A DNA stretch of 64,000 nucleotides from Octopus sinensis (lineage: Eukaryota), in NCBI RefSeq assembly GCF_006345805.1, contig NC_043005.1, forward strand, positions 4,154,001-4,218,000, read 5' to 3'. A model generated the notes under the pieces. The model did no database searches, was not told the origin of the DNA, and saw nothing but the letters and a program-made list of their open reading frames with translations. Shown piece after piece: positions 46,801 to 62,017 of this stretch. Position 1 is the first letter of the stretch. The number at the start of each line of letters is the position of its first letter. The position numbers and the translations under genes are program-made.

Positions 46801-49800
46801 GAGTTTGTGATAAAATAAAGACAAGCAAAATACAAAATTTGGAACAATAATTTAACTTTGCACCCTTTTAAAAAACCAATCCTTTATGAGTTGTGTACAT
46901 TGTAGAGGACTAATCTATTTTTAAAACACACAAATTATATATAATTAATTGACATCCGTATCCCATGCTGACATGAGTTGGAAGATTTGACCAAGACCCA
47001 ACAAGCCAGAAGACTGCATTGATCTCTGATGTCTCCTTTGACATGGTTTCTATGGCTGTGTGCCCTTCCTAATGCCGACCACTTTACAAGAGAGGAGTGG
47101 GTGTTTTTATTGCGTCTGAACCACATGGTACCAAGCTTAATCCCACTGTGTGGCACCTTGGGCATGACTTCTGCTATAGTCCTGGGCCAACCAAAGCATT
47201 TTGAGTGGATTTTGTAGACAGATACTGAAAGAAGCCTGTCATATATGTGTATGTGTTCATATTTGTCCCCACCACTGTTTGACAGCCAGTGTTGGTTTGT
47301 TTACATCCCCTGTAATCTAGCAGTTCAGCAAAAGATACTGATAGAATAAGTACCAGGCTTTAAAAGTAAGTCCTGGGGTTGATACATTTGACTAAAATTT
47401 CTCAAGGCGGTGCCCCAGCATGAGCTGCAGTCTAATGGTTGAAACAAGTAAGAGCTATACATCCATTATTGATCAGCTGAATGATCAACTCATTAATGAC
47501 CAGAATGCCTGAGTATTCCACAGACACGTAGTCTTTAACTCTTATCATCATAAACCTCTCCAATCTGCGGGAGACACTTTCATGAACCCTGTGCCTCATC
47601 ACTAGGTACACAAATGGGTTGCCCAGGATATGACCCGTAACATTTCAAGGTCACGTATGCACACAGAAGGTTTCATAAAAGTTATTACATTCTAAACATA
47701 GCCATTTTTAGTCTCTTTTGCCAAATCCTTCTATGAACAAGAAGGAGTTGAAACAGAGAACTGTACATGGGAGTAAGAGTGAAAGTAGTTCTCAGGTAGA
47801 ATCAGCATACCAAGGTTATCCCTGTGAGTTACAGGCATCGTTCATCAGGCAAGCTTCTACAGTTTCTATCTTCTGAGCTTCACTTGCAAGGCTTAGATTG
47901 ACCTGAAATTATGGTAAATACACTTGCCAAAACTGCTGTATAGTGAACCCTGGACCGTATGGTTCTGAAGCAAACTTCTTAACCAGTCAACCATATTTAT
48001 AGACTCTTTGTGTGTGTATAAAAAAAAATCATCATTTAATATTTGTTCCCCATGCTGGTGTAGGTTGACTGTTTGATAGGAACAGGCAAGTTAGAAGAGG
48101 GTAGCAAGCCCTGCTGTCTGCTTTGGCATGTTTCTACAGTTCGGTGCCGTTCCTAATGCCATGTGCATGCACACGCACGCGCATGGACAGGCATGGCTAT
48201 GTGGTTAAGAAGTTAGTGTCCCAATCACGTGGTTTCATGTTCATTTCTATTATGTGGTACCTTCACAAATATCCTGTATGATCTTGGGTCAATAATGCTT
48301 TGGGAATAAAGTTGGTAGATGGAAACTGAAAGAAGCACATCATACAATATGTGTGTTTGCACATGCATATATGAGGTCTGTGTTTTCATTTCCATTTGTA
48401 CTGTATAAAAATCACAAGTGAGGAGTGATGGTCATGTCATCACTTCACTTTTGCCAACAAATGCTCTACATGCTTTGCACCTTTGAAGACACGTGAAATA
48501 AAAGATCCCTTGAGAAGCAATGAAGGGTATCCAGCTGTAGAACAATTGCTCAGTGTATTTATCTAACCCATGCTAGCATGGAAAAGGGATGCAACATAAA
48601 TGGAGTGTGTGTGTGTGTTAATAGACTGAGAACATTACAAATATTCCAGAGTTTCCTCTTTCTATCACAAATATATCTGGCCAGCAGAATGACCTGATCG
48701 TCCTCTAATGGGTTAAAAACAGGACATTATGTCTAAGCAAGAGGAATAATTACACAGAATCATTTAAAAAGGAAATAAATATTTCTTATCAGACAATCTT
48801 CCCTTTATCAAGCAGACAATTGCTGCTCTTCCATTGACCAATTCAGGTTTTTGCTTTTGTTTTCTGAATTTTATGTTCATGTTTTGATATTGAATTACAA
48901 TATGATAATATGAATATGAAATTATTGAATATTTATAGAATTTGTAAGCTTCATGTAATAATAGATGGTAAATCAATCATTAAACTATCAGAATGGTTTC
49001 CAGGTCTTGTAAGGGTGAATGACTTTGTTTGTCTTATCATCTTTTTCTTAGCATTTGCATTTCATGTTTACAAAAAGGTGATGTGGTGTGCTCAAGATTA
49101 TTTTCTTTTGTCATCTTTAATCAATTAAACACTGTTGTACCCTTCTGATAGCAACCCCCTTTTGTTCTGTGATACAAACTTCATGTTTGAAGTGATCTAA
49201 ATTAAAATCTCCCAACAAAATTTCTTTCTAATTTATGAGTTCCAAACATCATATTAATAATTCTTCATAATTTTCAAAATTGATTGAAAGTAAGGCAGTA
49301 TAGTTCTAACGAAAGGGCTAAGTGAAATTAGATAAAGGTCTATATCGCATATTGTTGTTTAACCACAGATCAGCCAGGTTCCAGTTATGACCATCTTGTC
49401 TTTAAGTCAGTCTGACTACATTATCAAAAGTCTTTCAGTTCTTTTAGACAGTAAGGTAAAACTTGGAGATTTGATTGCTATTTCTAGCAGGCTAACCAAC
49501 TGCCAAGAGGTTTGAATTGTGAGTGGGTCTATCAAAGACATGATGATGATGAAGAATTGAGCTTGACACTGCATTCTAATAAGAATCTTCAGTTAAAACA
49601 GATGTATGTTGCTTCTATTGTTTACGGTAGTGATCTACACTTCCTCAATGGCACCCATTGGTTATTGTGTTTGCCACACAGTACAGCTTGTAGTGATATA
49701 AGATTGAACTATCCACCCTTCAGACAGTGTTCTAAGTACTCTAATCACTCCCTTATAAGTTACTTTGTTAAAATAATCATCAATATTTTTCTGTAATTTG

Positions 49801-50447
49801 TTGTACTGTTATTATCTGTGTGTCTATATCTTGTGTTTTATGTACAAAAGTTGAACATTTTCTATTTTCACTGACCCCAAAAACATGCTATGAATTTTGA
49901 AATTTTGCCCATTTTTTAAATCCTAGTTAGAAAGTGTAAAATTTCTTTGGAATTATTCACTCCCAATCTACCAGAACATTCCTGGATATAGATTAGGAGA
50001 TTCTTTTACATCTATTAAATTTCCAACTTATTTTAATGTGTAGGAATTCACCATTTTTATTGACCTGGTCCTGTTGGAAATTTCAAATATTCTTTTTTAC
50101 TCAGACTTATTGTTTTAGCAAAGAATCTATGCTTTCATTAATTCAATTAGTTCATCAGAAACTTGTCAATAATTTTTTGTAATCTATTATGTAGTTATTG
50201 TTTGTGTGATTGTGTGTGAGTATATATATTTTATATGCTATGTATAGATGTAAACAATTCATCAATTTTCATTGACCGTGGATGTTTTAGAAATTTGAAA
50301 ATTTGCCCAATTTCAACCGTTTGAATTAACGAAAACATCAGTTCTCTGCAGAAACAAATCTATAAAATAGAACTCTTCACTTTTCAGTTATCTACATAAC
50401 TTCTATGGAATCTTCTACATATTTCAGCTTCCTTGATCGTGGATTCT

Positions 50448-50511
<64 letters not shown>

Positions 50512-53099
50512 TCTCTCTCTCTCTCTCTCTCATCTCTCTGTACTCACACACATGTTCATATTTCCATGCGGACAGGGGTCAGGCAGATCTCACAGTATCT
50601 TTGCATTTATATCATTCCTTTGTCATCCGATGCAAACAACTTGGCAAATGTCCCACTTTGTTGCTGTGTGTGTCTTGTATTTTGGACACCTTTCCTATCA
50701 TCAGCCACCTTACAATAACGAATGGTGCATTTTATCATACTACTGCCAGCAACACAATGATGGCTGTTACAACAAAGCTTAGGAATATCCTTTTATACTC
50801 TCTATTTTTCTGATTAGTTATTAGAACAGTTGTATTGAATAAATTACTGAGCTTGATTTTTTTTTTTTAAATTTATATCTGCACCCACCACCCTTCTTGA
50901 TCCTGTACCCCTATTGTCTTATACTCACTTTCTTGTACCTTGAGGATACATGCTGACACCTTGTCACCACCATCTTTGTCCAGCCAATTACTCCTATCCT
51001 TATATATATTTTCCCCTCTACAGTTACCACATGTGCCTCCTCAACATCTAGGAGAAAGCCACCCCTTCTCTACTCTAAACCCACTCAGTTGATGGGGTTT
51101 TTTCTTATGTATTACTTGAGACCTCACTAGCATCAGTTCTACGAAAAATAGCACCCAGTCCACTCTGTAAAGTGGTTGGTATTAGAAAGGGCATCCAACC
51201 ATAGAAACTATACCAAAGTAGAGATCAGAGCTTGATGCAGTCTTCTGGCTCATTAGATTCTATTGAACCATCAAACTCATCTTAATGAAAAATGAACATT
51301 AAATGATAATGAGAATCTGCACATAGTTTCATTCGGCATATTCTTCTATCATTATTTTAATTTCCTAATTGGCACAGGTCGACCAGGTCTGCACAATGAT
51401 GTCATCCTCATCGCTCCTCTTCACCCTGTGTTGTCTTTCAGGTCTCGCATGCTTACACCTGTCCTCATGCAGTGATCAATGAACTGTGAAGCTGTTTGTC
51501 ATGAGTCTCATCCTGCTTTTTCTCCGTACATCTAAAGGTGAAATGAAGTTAATAAACCCAAACAATGCATATTAAAGGTTTAACTTCTCTGAATCAGTTG
51601 ATTTCCATGAAGTCACCAGTCAGTAGCAAAAGTGAATGTTGTTCAGGAAGTTATAGAGTCAGAAAGACAAAAACCTATTTCCTTTGTGATAAGAGGCTTT
51701 TAACAACCGGGACTTACACTTGACACCGTGAAAGTACTGTTGTGAATGTGAAATATCCTGAATGAATTGGCTGCCACTTGTTGTGTGCTGACCCTTGTTC
51801 CAGTAAATCCAGGATCAAATGCATTTCAGCTGGAACCATTCCGATTTTTTTCTTTCTTTCCAGACATAGTGTATCTAGGATTACATTATTCAATGTATTT
51901 TCCCATTTGTCACAGGTCATCTGACCACATAGATGTTCTCCCATTGGCTCCTAGGATATCAGTCTGTATGAAAGTTAATACAGATTTTTAAATCTGTTAC
52001 TAGCCAACAAAATTTGGGGAACAGTTACAGTTAATGGGATAAATACCAGTTTGTTACTGGTGCTTATTTTAGAGATCATAGAATAGTAAAAAGTAGAGTC
52101 CACTCTGGCAACATTTGAACTTGGAACACACAGAAATATTGCAAAGTGAATCTGCTACTGTTTTTGTCAATCTTCTTCCATTTATATCACAGATAACATT
52201 GTCTCTAATAATATAGGACCTAGTTACAGTGGCTGGGTGAACTAATGTAGAATAACATGCCCCCCTTCGCTACCCCCACCCACCAACTCGGACACAGCTG
52301 AGTAAACCAAGGAAGTTCTATGTCAGTAAATTGTGAGCCTCAAGTCCCTTAAGTAAATAACTGCAGCCCACATATGAAATGCACATAGATGTGTGTGTAT
52401 GCACCCACATGTGCATGCATATATACACTTTTGAAGGTTTTCCACAGAGGTCCTGTCTGGCCAGATCTTACTAGGCTTTGACTGACAAGATATGATGATG
52501 GAAAGGAGGTACTTGCTTAAGATAGAGCACAGTAGGACTGCAGCCAAACCAGAGAGTTGTAGGCTTCTTAACCACAGAGGTGTGTGTGTAAATGCACATG
52601 CACAGACATGTGTAATTTATACACAGCATAGCATAAATCAGAAATGAAATCATCATCATCATCGTTTAACATCCATTGTCCTTGCTGGCATGGGCTGGAT
52701 GGTTTGACCAGGCTGGCATGCTGGAAGGCTGCACCAGACTCCAGTCTGATTTGGCATGGTTTTCTATGGCTAAATGCCCTTCCTAATGCCAACCACTTCA
52801 AGAGTGTAATGGTGCTTTTACATGCCACCAGCATGGGTGCCAATTTGCGTGACGCCAGTATCTGCCACAACTGCAATTTTGCTTGGCTTGATGGGGCTTC
52901 ATGGAGGCAATGACCAAGACAAAGGCCTTGGTCATTGCTTCTATGAGGCCCAACACTCGAAAGGAACTTAGCCACTTTGTCTCTGTGAGGCCCAACACTT
53001 GAAAGGTGTTCTTTGCATGCCACCAGTATGGGTGCAATTGGCTTGACGGGTCCTCTCAAGCACAGCACATTGTCAAAGGTCTTGGTCACCAGTCATTGC

Positions 53100-53990
53100 C
53101 TTTGTGAGGCTCAAAGTTTGAAGATCGTGCTTCACTACCTTGTCCCATATCTTTCTGGGTCTACTTCTACGACAGGTTCTCTCCACTGTTAGAGATCAGC
53201 ACATCTTTACACAGCTGTCCTTGTCCATACATATCACATGACCATACCAGCACAGTCGTCTCTCTTGCACACCACATTTGATGCCTCTTATGCCCAACTT
53301 TTCCCTCAAGATGCTTACTCTCTCCAACATGCACACTGACATTGCACATCCAGTGAAGCATACTGGCTTCATTTTTTCCAAGCCTACGCATGTCCTCGGC
53401 TCTCACAGCCCGTGCAGCATAGCTGTTCACACACAGGCATCAAACAATCTGCCTTTCACTCTGAGAGAGAGGCCCTTTGTTGCTAGCAGGGGTAGGAGCT
53501 CTCTGAACTTTGCCCAGCCTAATCTTATCCCCACAACTACACTCTTGCAGCATCAACCTCCACTACTAACTTGGTCACCTAGATAACGGAAGCTATCTGC
53601 TACCTCTAGTTTGTTCCACTTGCAGTTGATGGAGTCCATTTTCTGTACATTTTCAGTGTTTATTGTACCTGTGCATCTTCCACACACAAAAGCTATTTTC
53701 CCTGTAAACCCTCCTCTAATATTGCTTCACCTTTTGTGTCCAAAGTTTACACCGGGTGCATCCTATGGAATTCCTACCTACACCTTTTCTACAGATTGAG
53801 CAGGGCCATCTACCTGAAGGGATTTGTGATTTGTCTGCCTTCCTACTTACTAAGACTTAGATTTTTGCTTGGTTACTCTAAGGTCCTTTGATTCTAGACC
53901 TTGCTTCCATACTTGGAACTACTTCATTAGTTCAGGTAGTGATTCAGCTATAAGAGCAAGCTCATCAACTTCTATATAAATTAGTTATAA
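53100..53990 (-). mobile_element. Decayed RTE LINE fragment (RT end and downstream)
   Basis: Minus-strand peptides ELALIAES, DSFRYLGDQVSSGG, KGLSLRVKGRLFDACV and LREKLGIRGIKCGVQERRLCWYGHV. Confidence 0.8.
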
Positions 53991-56589
53991 ATTAGGCTAG
54001 CACCATAGTGGATAATGTAATTTACCTATTTGTACTTTTTGACAGCTAATCATTAAGCAATAAATCAGACCTGAAATGTATTTAAACATAAAGCTTCACT
54101 GTCACCATCATCATCGTTTAACATCTGCTTTCCATGCTAGCATGGGTTGGATGATTTTGACTGAGGGCTGGCGAACCAGATGGTTGCACCAGTCTCCAAT
54201 CTTGATTTGGCAGAGTTTCTACAGCTGGATGCCCTTCCTAACGCCAAACGCACGTGTGCGCACATGGAAGCATTAGCACTACATGTTATTAGATTTAATA
54301 AAAGTTGCCGGCTGGGACCATTAGCACACTGGACAAAATGCTTAGAGGCATTTTATCTGTCTTTACATTCTGAATTCAAATTCCGCCAAGGTCATCTTTG
54401 CCTTTCATCCTTTTGGGGCTGATAACATAAGTACCAGTTAAGTACTGGGGTCAGTGTAATTGAATTCCCCCTCCCCTCAAAAACTGCTAGCCCTGTGCCA
54501 AAATTTAAAACCATTATTATGCTTAATAACATATGCAGAGAGTTTAGCTTTTTTTCGATTAGGTTTTGTGAGAGATGCTAATACTCTGTTGCAACGAGTT
54601 TAATAATTACATTAATTATAAAATAACTATCCTCAGGGTGTGTGTGTCTGCATGTCTTTCATTTGGATTGTGCTCGTTACTCCAGCTTACCATTGGCACA
54701 CCTTATTTGTTATTATCATTATTATTAACTAATGTTATTGTTATTCGTGATTAATGTTATTAAAATTTAAAGAGGCCTGTTTGACGAGCAGTGTGTGTGT
54801 GTGTAGAGAGAGATCCACATACATTCAGCCTGAATGATTTAATCTGCTTTTGTGACTGCATTTCTAATGAGTTGTAGACTGCCAAAGTATTTCAATTAAT
54901 TCTTCTATATAATAAGGTCCCTGGAGGAATTGAGTGAAGTCATTTGTAACTCTAGATTGCGATATGCTGTCGTTTGGTCCCATGTCAACCTGGCTGGGGG
55001 TAAATCTAGAAACAGAACATTTTAGCTGCAACTACCCTACCCTACTCTTTTTCTTTTAAGTCATACTTTATCTAGGATGTATTATTCACTATCTTTTAGT
55101 ATGTATGTCGCTTGAGGTGAATTAGGTTGTTATTTTTAGCAGTTCAAGAAAGTACCTACAGGTTCCTTTGTTGGTTTATATCTATTAAGTTGGATTTTGA
55201 TCTTGTATGAGTGACGGCACGTAGCTAAGTGGTTAGGGGTATTCAGCTTGCGATTACAAGGTAGTGAGTTCAATACCTGGTGGGGCATTGTGTCCTTGAG
55301 CAAGACACTCTATTTCACATTGCTCCAATCCACTCAGCGGATAAAAATGAGTTGTACCTGTATTTTCAAAGGTCCATCCTTGCTACACTTTGTGTCATGC
55401 TGAATCTCCCTGAGAACTGTGTTATGGGTATATGTGTCTGTGGAATACTCTGCCACTTGCACATTAATTCACAAGTGGGCTGTTCTGCTGATCAAATAAA
55501 CTGGAACCCTCATCGTTGTGACCAGCAGATTACCAGTGAAGTTTGAGGGAAATTAGCCTGTTATTTTAAGCAGTTCACAAAGCTACATACAGGTTCCCTT
55601 GTTGGTGCTGATCTTGGATGACCTTTTTAGTTGAAATGAGTGATTTTGTTTAAGATTTAAATCTGACTCCTTTCATCTGAATCTGCTTCAAACCACTCCT
55701 GGTCCTGTGATGTGAATTTACTGTTTTAAAGCAATCTAAAACTTACATTGAAATTTCACTTTGTTCCAAACGCCAGCTTAATAAGGACAAACCTAGTTTA
55801 AGCTTAAAATGTGATTCAAGCAACGGCAATGTACTTTAGTAAATATGATAACGAAAGGGTTAAATATGAACACCTTACTACATAGGATGGTCTCAGGTAG
55901 GTTTCTGAATCTAATGTCGCTGTCATACATTGGAATCTTGTTTAACAAGTATTGGGTTTAGCTGAGGTTTTAACTTTGCCTACCACGTTCCACAATGTAG
56001 TTGAAGAGTTAACAAAACAAAGAGGTTCCTTGTTCTAATGTGTTGACTTCAAATATTTGTATATGTATTTTGGAATTTGACAGGGGGACAGAGAACAAAC
56101 AGTCTTTCTAGGCTATTCTAGACATGGCTGGTGGGGGTTAAGTAGATGTAGTTGGTATGACAATATTGGTGGATGTTCAAGTTAAGACAAAATGCCTTTT
56201 AGTATTTACTACATCCTTTATATTTTTCAAGTTAGCTTTGCTTTTTATTTTGTATGAGGATTGAAATAAATTGCTTGTATTTCTACAATGCACAAAATAT
56301 TTCAATTTTTTATATAAATCTTAATATTTAATCACAAAAATATGGTAGGATTTGTATTGATATACATGGAATGACTATAAGGGTCCAGGAGTGTAAAATA
56401 GGAATCAAAAGGGTCCTTAGGCAAAAAATGGTTGAGGTTTACTGGCAAGAGTTTCTACTACAGCTGGAGACACTTTCTCTCACTAACCTTTACTTGTTTT
56501 CCAAGTAATGTATATTTTTCATTTCACTCATAGACACATTGAAAATTGGAACTATGGCACTTTTCATTTGTCTGAGATTATAAACAGAC

Positions 56590-56890
56590 TCTGCTGTTAT
56601 TCAAACTTACTGTCCTCCTTTCTCTGATGTTTTCTAGGACTACTAAAATAGCCTCTGCTCTCCCAGAGCTGGTTGGCTAATGCGACCACCAACCACTCGG
56701 GCATTTCTGATTCAATCACCTCTTCTTTTCACTGTTATGTCCCACCTTCCAGACCCTGCACTAATTACTACACCCAGTCCTTCCTAACCAGACTGTCAGC
56801 CTTTTGGAACTCCCTCCCTTTTCATGTCTTTCTTGCAGGTGTTGACTTTCAAAGATTCAGGAACAACATTAATGGCATCAAGCAAATTGG
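56590..56890 (+). mobile_element. Old CR1-type LINE 3' remnant
   Basis: YTQSFLTRLSAFWNSLPFHVFLAGVDFQRFRNNIN resembles the SF..R....WNSLP...F.....FK..IN motif. Confidence 0.65.
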
Positions 56891-57019
56891 TCTAAGAGGA
56901 CCTGTAAAAGCCATGAGCATTTCTCTTCTTTCAGACCTAACAAATAATGTTGTGTGTGTATGAGTAAAGGAGCAGTTGGACCCTTTATTAGCATCATGTG
57001 AGATACATTCTGAAAATTG

Positions 57020-57290
57020 GCTGGTCCTTGTGAACTTCGAACATAGAGGTTTTGAGGGGAACTAATGTCCCGAGCATTGAGGTAATGGAACACAAACACC
57101 ATTTACGTTGGACCTTATTCAGATGAATGATTGGAGGATCCCTAAGCAGATGCTACATGGTGAACTTGTTTGTGGAAAGCACCCCCAGCAGAAACCAAGA
57201 CTATGATTTAAGGATTGTGAGGAGTTCATGTTGAAAGCATTTGAAATATGGGAGGTCAGTTGGGAAGCAATATTTGTTACTAGCACCAGT
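57020..57290 (+). mobile_element. Old RTE (BovB-like) remnant
   Basis: Peptide HLRW...RMNDWRIPKQMLHGELVCGKH...KPRL.FKD. Confidence 0.65.
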
Positions 57291-60200
57291 GGAGGAAAAT
57301 AAGTGTAGAAAGGAGTGGACGTTTTTGCAAAAACAGACTGGGGCCTGGTGCAGCATTCTGGCTTCCCAGATCCTGGTCGAACCGTCCAACCCATGCTACC
57401 ATGGAAAACGAACGTTAAACGATGATGATGATGATGATGATGATGCATTTCTCATGTAGAATTTAAACAAGCTGCTCTAAAACATTGCAGTGAATGGGGG
57501 GAAGCTTGGTTTCCAATATCTGCAAGCGTGTATGTTTATCAGGAGCTGGGCTTATTTGTCACCAACAATCACGAGTGGTCAGCCATCACACACACACACG
57601 TGTGTGTGTGTGTGTAGATAGATATAATGTCTCTTGCTCCCATAATTCACATCTACATATGATGGTCTGGCCAGTGTAAGCGTCCATGAATTAACATTTC
57701 ATTATCAAATACGCACTTCATTGCATCAAATCAATATTCCTTAGATGTATTCGGGGCTAAACACTAATGTTTTCACTATAAATAAGTTTAAAACTGCTCA
57801 ACAAACAGGTCTATTATTTATCTATCTACAGTGTTGACATTAATAACAACTGGCATTATTTATTTACCTATTTCGCTATTTTACACCCAGTTTTACTTGC
57901 TTACAGAAGTCGGATGTTGGAGTAAATGTTATTTACTGAAGGATGTCCTTTGTTCTGCTAAATACTCAACCATGAAATAAATGTGATTTATTTCTGTCGG
58001 TCAGGCAAATTAGCCCAAGCGTTGTTGCTTGACCCCAGGCCAGTCTGGATCAAGCTGACCCATTCAGTTTTGACCATTCTTACTGTACGTAATTGATTAC
58101 GTTCAATGATGTATCTAAAATTGATAGGTGTCACTTAAAGATTTAGTTGCTATTTTTAGCAGATCAAACAACTATACAGAAGGTCTCTTGTTGATTGAAG
58201 CAAGAGATATGTCTTTCTTAGTGGCTCAAAACCAGCATCTGTTAAATCTCTTCCTATGTCTTCCTGTTTTTTAATTAATAACGTAGGTCTATCATGAACC
58301 CCTAGGACTCATAAAACCAGAATTTAAACTGGTTTCCATGGTGTGTAAGTGATTGAGATTACAATACTCCCCCATGGACAAGATGCTAGTCCATCACAGG
58401 GTTAACTTCCTAATTATCACTGGGACTTGTTTACAGCTGAGTTAGCTGCAGCAATGTGAAATGAAGCGTTTTGATCAAGAACTCAACACACCACCCACTG
58501 CAGGAATTGAAACTATGATTGTAAGATTGTGAGTGCAACACCCTAACCACAAGGCCATGCACCTTCTTAATTACTAATAATGAAAAATATCTGAGGCATA
58601 TTTGAGGGAACTTGGCTCATGCTAGCATGGAAAACGGATGCTAAACGATAATAAAATTTTCTACAATTCAATTGTTTTACCTTTTTTTGTTGTGGCCCCT
58701 AAAAAAATCTAGGTTTTGGATCTGGCTCTTTTACTAAAAAAAGGTTTGAGAATTACTGATAAAGAGACTTCATAATTGACTCTTCTTTTTCATTATCTAT
58801 TTCTTTACTACCCACATGGGGCTAAACACAGAGGGGACAAACAAGGACAGACAAACGAATTAAGTTGATTACATTGACCCCAGTGCGTAACTGGTACTTA
58901 ATTTATCGACCCCAAAAGGATGAAATATGATGAAATATGGCTACGCATTTCACTCGGTGTGCTAACGTTTCTGCCAGCTCGTCGCCTTGTTTCCTTTTCC
59001 TTTTCATTATCACCATCATCATCATTGCTACCCTCATCATCTTTTAATGACCATCTTCCATGCTGGCATGGGTGAGATGGCTCAACAGGTCTGATAGGTC
59101 CAAGGAGTGTAGTGTGTGAGAGGCCAGAACAGGTTTCTTGCTGTAGAGAAGCTGCATTATTTAACTGAAACAACCAGCAGGCACCATTAATAACGATGAC
59201 GTACATCCATTCCAATAGTCTGGCATTAAGTGTTGTCCCTATTTTCATAAATTATCCATCTTTGCCAGAGTCTATTTATCACATTTAGTTTGCAGGCTCC
59301 CATTGCTATTAAGCTAATGGGTTTTTTGTGATAGGGTTTCAAGATGTTTCATCTGGATGCATCGCAATGTGAAGGTCATTCAGTGAGATTTTCATAGCTG
59401 TAGAATGTAAGTAAACCTACTTGAAATGATATTACAATGTGTGTTTGTGTGTGTGTATTATGTATATGGTAGGGTGAAGTGCTGGCCAGTATTGCTTGTG
59501 TATCATATGTTAACTTGACCTTGATTTTGGAATTGTGCCAAATATGCTTATCTACCTCTCACCATCATTATGACACAAAACATATTTATGCTTTATATTT
59601 AATTGTCATTACTGACATTATTAGTGCCATTGTGACAAATACAATTTATGGGACAAGAGTTGATATTTTCTTCAAATGGCTTTGTGAGTGAGTGTGTGTT
59701 TGTGTGTGTGTGTGTTACTTGAAGTGTTTCCAGCCCAACAGTTGTAAATAGTTTAACCGTGAGACCAATTTTTTCTCTCCCTGCCAACCTCGATTTGATC
59801 TATACTACTTTGTATCCATAGAGACTATTTTTTTTTTACTATCTCTAGGTGAAAGAAACATTTATAGAAGGGTGTACTCAGTTGAACCAAATCTAGCAGT
59901 ACTTCATTAGTACTCTCTGGATCCCAGAACTGAATTCCGGTTATCTTTTTATATCATTAGAACAGTTTTTTTTTAATGCATAAATACATATGCAGCAATG
60001 TGTGTGCGTATATTATTTTAGAGGCTGTTGGTGCCTGCATAACATTTCGTAAGGACTGCAACACACTTGAGAATCACTTTTATATGAGTCTCATGTTGTC
60101 AGTAAGTGATACTGATAGTGGTTGTGATGGTATTTAATAACTATGACAGTTAAGGAAGTAGTAGGGGTTATTGCAGGATGAGTGGTAGTAGTAGTAGAAT

Positions 60201-61486
60201 AATAGTATTAATATTAGTAGTAAGTAGTAGTGGTACTGAAGGTACTGAACCCTGTGATCTCACCAATCTTGGATGGCATGGATACTGTTCTTTCCATCCT
60301 GACTGAAATAATAAATAAAAATCGATTTCCACAATGGCAAAATAGACAGTTATCAAATAGCTTTACCCCAGGATGGCTGATCTGGAATTTCTGTACCCAA
60401 CTCCTCTTCTTTATCTTCTCTGTTTAACTTTACAATGTTCAATGTGGTTCAGATTCCATGTCTGTTCTTGTTTCCCACTTTTACAGTCTCTAGTCTGGCT
60501 GAATATACCTATATTTGTATAATTAGAAATAGCATTACGATTAGATTAACATGATTGTCACACCGACCTTCACTGCTACTATAATTAACACCACTGTTAC
60601 TATTAATACTGCCACTAAGCCTTACTGTAACTACTATTACTACCTCTTTAACAGCCATAATCGTTATCATCCTCACTATACCACTGTTACAAACATAACT
60701 ACCTCTGCTGCCATGGCAACCATTATCCATACTCATTCAGAAAATGGGACTCATTTGAAAGCAAGTTTCAAATGTGTGCTATGCTTACAGTAAGAAGCCT
60801 GTTCTGTTCTGGCCCCTTCTTTCATGCTTTAACCCCTCATCTCCTAGCATAAGGCACCTCGCTCTCTTCTTTGGAGTTCATAGTTCTCTGAGCTGCATGT
60901 GCATAGCAACTTAACAAGTGCTGGTGTCGTGAAAAAAGCACCCAGCACACTCTGAAAAGTGGTTGGCATCAGGAAAGGCATCCAGCTGTAGAAATCATGC
61001 CAAAGCAGACACTGGAACACTACATAGTCCTTGGTCTCTTCAGTTCCTTTCAAGCTGCCCACCCTAAGCCAGCATGGACATTCACTGACATTCATGACAA
61101 TGAAATGAAAAAAATTGGCGAATTACTTTTAAATGTTTATAAAAAAGATAGAAATATGTTGTAAAACAACTTCAAAATGATTAACCAACTGCGAAGGAAA
61201 AAGAGAAATCAAAAGTATAAAATAGTGAAATGTTATATGTAAATATTTCCTTCATTTCTTTGAAACTGTAATTGCTACGAATCTATTGTCCTGGCAGTGT
61301 ATGTTAGACTGGCGAGTGGAGGTAACAAAGAAAGGAATCTGGGTTTCAAGATGGAGACATGAAAATAGAAGTGATTGTAATGAAAATTGTTTTAAGATAG
61401 TGTTTAAAATGTAAATATAAAGCAACGTTTTAAATACAATTGGAATTAAGGTTTTACTGTAATCTTAGCTTACTATAAAAGGTTGT

Positions 61487-61684
61487 TTAACCCTTTCACA
61501 TTCAAATATAATGCTTATTCACGTTGTTTTGAATTAATCCTGTATTATCTTATAGCTTCAAGATTTCAGTGATGTGATTGTTTATTTTTAGAAATAACAT
61601 TGCAGGGTAGGTGTGAAAGGCCATATCTAACCAGTTTCCACATAGAACAGAATATTTAGTCTGAATCGAATGCTAAAGCATTAA
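61487..61684. mobile_element. TTAA-terminated MITE-like element
   Basis: Begins TTAAccctttc and ends ctaaagcaTTAA. Same family as 11306-11511. Confidence 0.6.
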
Positions 61685-61711
61685 AGATTTGGTTTTATTT
61701 ATATATATATA

Positions 61712-62017
61712 TGTGGAGGCACAATGGCCCAGTGGTTAGGGCAGCGGACTTGTGGCCGGAGGATCGCGGTTTCAATTCCCAGACTTGGCGTTGTGTGTAT
61801 TTATTGAGCGAAAACACCCAAAAGCTCCACAAGGCTCCGGCAGGGGTTGGTGGTGACTCCTATTGTACTCTTTCACCACAACTTTCTCTCACTCTCTCTT
61901 CCTGTTTCTTGAGTAACGCTGTGATGGACTGGCATCCTGTCCAGCTGGGAGGAACATATACGCCACAGAAACTGGGAAACCGGGCCCATGAGCCTGGCTA
62001 GGCTTGAAAAGGGCAAT
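61712..62017 (+). mobile_element. tRNA-derived SINE with a V/Meta-like central motif
   Basis: A box tggcccagtggttagg and B box ggtttcaattccc. The central gatggactggcatcctgtccag...gaaaccgg resembles conserved SINE domains. Confidence 0.65.

Noticed and set aside
51380-51540. GC-richer segment with a good acceptor (ctttcag) considered as an exon
   Set aside because: No spectraplakin-like peptide in any frame and no matching donor. It may be an old LINE remnant.
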